Shown: in pieces, positions 60,800-64,000 of the stretch
Layout: the number at the start of each line of letters is the position of its first letter
Position numbering within the stretch: position 1 is the first letter of the stretch
Assembly: GCA_046563655.1 (NCBI GenBank)
Contig: CM102286.1
Coordinates: forward strand, 10,788,001-10,852,000
Origin: Yuukianura sp. NJ FZ-2021
Lineage: Eukaryota
Direction of reading: 5' to 3'
DNA length: 64,000 nt
Notes under the pieces: generated by a model
Told to the model about the DNA's origin: nothing
What the model saw: the letters and a program-made list of their open reading frames with translations, nothing else
Database searches by the model: none
Made by a program: the position numbers and the translations under genes

Positions 60800-63700
60800 T
60801 AACTTCAAGTTTGCGTTCCCAAATTCTGTAGGGGTTTGGAAATAATTTGTTGAGTTGTTGTATTGGCTACTCGCTTGAATGGAAATGAAGCATTTTCTTA
60901 TCTGATTTTTTAAGTAAAATATTTCTTTGTGATATTTCTGCTCCAGAAATTCTGGAATTTTTCAAATCATATCCAAGATTATTGAGTTGACTTTTGGTGT
61001 CCACTGGGAATGGAAGTGGGGTTGGATAGATGAAATGCGTTTGATTTTGATCAAATGAAGCCAAAGAAAAGAGACTCCATTTGTACAACAATTTCCTCAA
61101 ATTTGTGGGTATCTCATAGATAGAAAGCATTTCCAAGGATTTTTTCATTTTCTAAATTAAAAACATGGACGTGACTTTCTCTGTTCGGCAGAGAAAGCTC
61201 TCCACTTGTGCTCACAAATCCTGCGGATTCTGTGCCAAAGTTGGACAATGTCGTAAACTCTACTTCAACATTTTATGGTTTTTAGTTTCAAGAACAGATA
61301 CCGAGGGAAGTGAACTCTTTTAAACCGAAAATTCCCGCTTCTCCTCTTCCTGTTTTTGTCTTTTCCACCACAAAACTATTTTTGTGAAACCTTCTTAAAC
61401 TTTATGGCAGTTGAACCTCATTGGATTGAACAAGGAGATTCAGAACTTTTCAGTGGTTTAGGCTACACATGAGACAACTATAAAAAGAATTCCCTTCGCC
61501 AGTGTTTTGATACACAAAAACAAAACTTTTACTAAGTTTATCTACACTTTAAAAAAAAAATTGTACCAAAATGAAATTCTGAAAACAATGGAGCTTCACT
61601 TTTGAAATTTTGGGACCGTTATTGGAGAGACTGGAGAAAGAGCTTCATTTCCCTGGGCATCCAAATCCTAATGGGAGATGATTTGGGCGAGATTATATTT
61701 TCGGAAATTCCAGCCACGTTGTGGATTATGTCACACACAAAGCGAAACGTGACTGGACTTTGCTTTTGCGACCGATTCCGGTAGGTTAGCAACCTAACTA
61801 ACCTATAACGCTTTGTTGCTTTCCTCGCATCAACTGAAGGAAGTATACGTTGTGACATATGCGGACGGACATTGGGATCATTTTCTCTTGTGCCAGGTAC
61901 CCATTTGGGTTATGACTTTCTCTCTTTAGGTTACGACTCCCTCTTTTGTCTTCCATTAAACCTCCAGTTTCCTGGCGGGTTTAGGAAGTGATTTCACTCT
62001 CCCCAAGGAAATCAACAGGACTCTGACACTGATTAACGACCGCCATGAGCATTTCATCTTTCGTGCTCCTAGCCTAACCTAATCGATTAGGATTAAGGAA
62101 CATAACCTAACTTCAGATTGAAATTAACCCAACAAATCAACAACTCCGAAAAAGAGCCAAAAGTACCACTAGGACAGTTACTGAAGCTGAGCCTTGAAAA
62201 AGTAAGCGGAATAAGCGGGCACCGAAATAGGTCAAGCTAGGTTAACATTTTAGGCTGGACTATTGGAGCAGGTAATGTCTTTTGGGCAGATGAGTGGTGA
62301 AAGCGTGGATGATCAACAGGGAGAAATGAATTTAGAACCTTGTGTTTCTGATCGTGCTCATCCTACACTTCGTTCCCACTGGAATCTGCTCCATCTGCTG
62401 CCCCTGGAAACTTTGAGCCTTATAAATGAGTTTGTTGGTTGTGGGAAGAAGGCCCTTAAGGGCCACTGCTTCTGCACCCCTAAGCCCTTTGAAAGGTTAA
62501 TCATACCCTTAAAATTACACAAGCGTTTCGTGTTCAGTTTCATAAACTCATCTTCTGCCAGAACACAAAAACTGAAGCTGTGAAATGATTTAAAGGACTC
62601 GGCTGGCGCCAGCTTGTCCAAAGTCCTTCACTCCAGAGGTCCCTTCACATTCATCGCTTTGGACACCATGGACATTAGTTCCAAAGGGACCCCCGATGGT
62701 AACTCCAAGTCACTCAAGGGGCCTTGGGAAGAAAGTTGAGACGGCCCTGCAGAGACCCTTCAAAAGTGGTTATTAGGACAACCAAAGGGCACTCGTAGAT
62801 CAGGTTCCACAACGACTCATTTCTCACGTAATTTATCCGTAATTCCAGACAACATTTTCTCACCAACGTTTTCAATTTTGAAAGTCTTCAAAAATAATCA
62901 CTTCTATTAATTAACACACTTCGGAGATGAAAACCAATCGTGAGTACACACAAACCCACAAACCAATCAGAGCATAGGAGGATCATTCGGAATGCTTTAC
63001 ATGTAAATTAAAGGAACGCGCCAAAATCCCTCAGTTCATCCCCCTTCGCATTAATTTTCTTGAAGATTCGAGCGAAGAACAAGCCTTTTGGACAGATATT
63101 AGATTTCATATCTCCAGCTCTTTCTTGACTTCGTCTCATATTGCCTCGCAGCTTGAAACCTTTAATTCTCCCGCGACATGAGTTCGTCCTAATAACTACT
63201 ACGCCCTATAACACAAACCCTCCTCCCTCTACAAAAGACACTATTTGCCTTTATTAACACTCTGGAACAAAACTTTTGGGCCGTTTTCTCATGTATTATT
63301 TCAAAAGTTTTTGAATAGTTTATTACTAGAGAGAGCTCCTTATGATTACAATTGTGAAGCATAAATTTCAGCTGGGTTTAGCAACTCCATTGAGTCTTGA
63401 CCTAAATTTCATTATCTCTCTCCTAGCGGGAGTTCATTCCTTAGCAGATTTTCAATTTTGGGATAGTAGCTCCACACTTTGATTGATTGTAGCACAATAC
63501 AAATTACAGTGAACAGAGGATTGAGTTTGAACGCTCAAGACGATCAGCTGATGTTATCTTGTCAATCAACGGGATATCGGATAACGGGATAATCAACAAC
63601 GATACTCCAACATCCTAAACCGGGGATCAATTAACTATCCAGTTAGTTGACGACAGCAGTAGTGAAAGATCCAGTTAAACCAAATCGATCAATTTGAAAG

Positions 63701-63853
63701 TGAAAGGAAAACAACTGTTGAAGACCACGAACCAGTACTCATCGTCACCTCATCACCTCAAAATCAACCTCATCAACTCCAAAGGCATTCATTCTCGTTC
63801 ACTCAATTACGTACTTTCTACATCCTTCCGTCGACTGATTATGTAAAAACGAA

Positions 63854-64000
63854 ATGCCAGGGCCCGTCGAACGTTCACCTCCCCAACCCTCAACCAACAA
63901 TCAAAGAAAATCAACATCGTTTACCGAAAATCTAGCAAAGTTTAAGAAGCGCCCAGCAGAACTCATTGATTCTCCAATTTCACCGGCCCAAAAAAGAGGA
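63854..64000 (+). CDS. Possible start of an ORF running off the window (LINE ORF1-like N-terminus?)
   Basis: MPGPVERSPPQPSTNNQRKSTSFTENLAKFKKRPAELIDSPISPAQKRG is open to the window end; the call rests only on composition. Confidence 0.25.
   Translation, partial: MPGPVERSPPQPSTNNQRKSTSFTENLAKFKKRPAELIDSPISPAQKRG

Overview
AT-rich eukaryotic genomic DNA with short GT-AG introns and (CCTAA)n runs. It is most likely an arthropod and plausibly a springtail-like hexapod (inferred, not proven). No prokaryotic features and no CRISPR array. Genes in order: 3' end of a C2H2 zinc-finger gene, POGLUT2/KDELC-like, a divergent BAF paralogue, a GMC oxidoreductase pseudogene, an unusual PABP-type 3xRRM + RNF14-type RBR E3 ligase fusion, a 2'-5'-oligoadenylate synthetase (OAS)-like gene with a one-base frameshift in an A-run, a GH47 mannosidase pseudogene, ENTPD5/6, EF1-gamma, a 7TM chemoreceptor-like gene, exon 1 of Trim9, and a MATH-BTB gene probably nested antisense in the Trim9 intron. 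Repeats are abundant: a three-level nested DNA transposon, Helentron-like HINEs, a truncated RLE non-LTR element, a 5.9-kb 224-bp satellite with 4-mer higher-order structure, several MITEs, and an apparently intact 3.7-kb PHIS/ISL2EU-like transposon with 291-bp TIRs and an AAA|TTT junction. The most intriguing signal is the head-to-tail pair of OAS and the poly(A)-binding-RRM/RBR ligase, a hypothetical RNase L-independent oligoadenylate signalling module. All exon models and family calls were made by eye, with no database searches.
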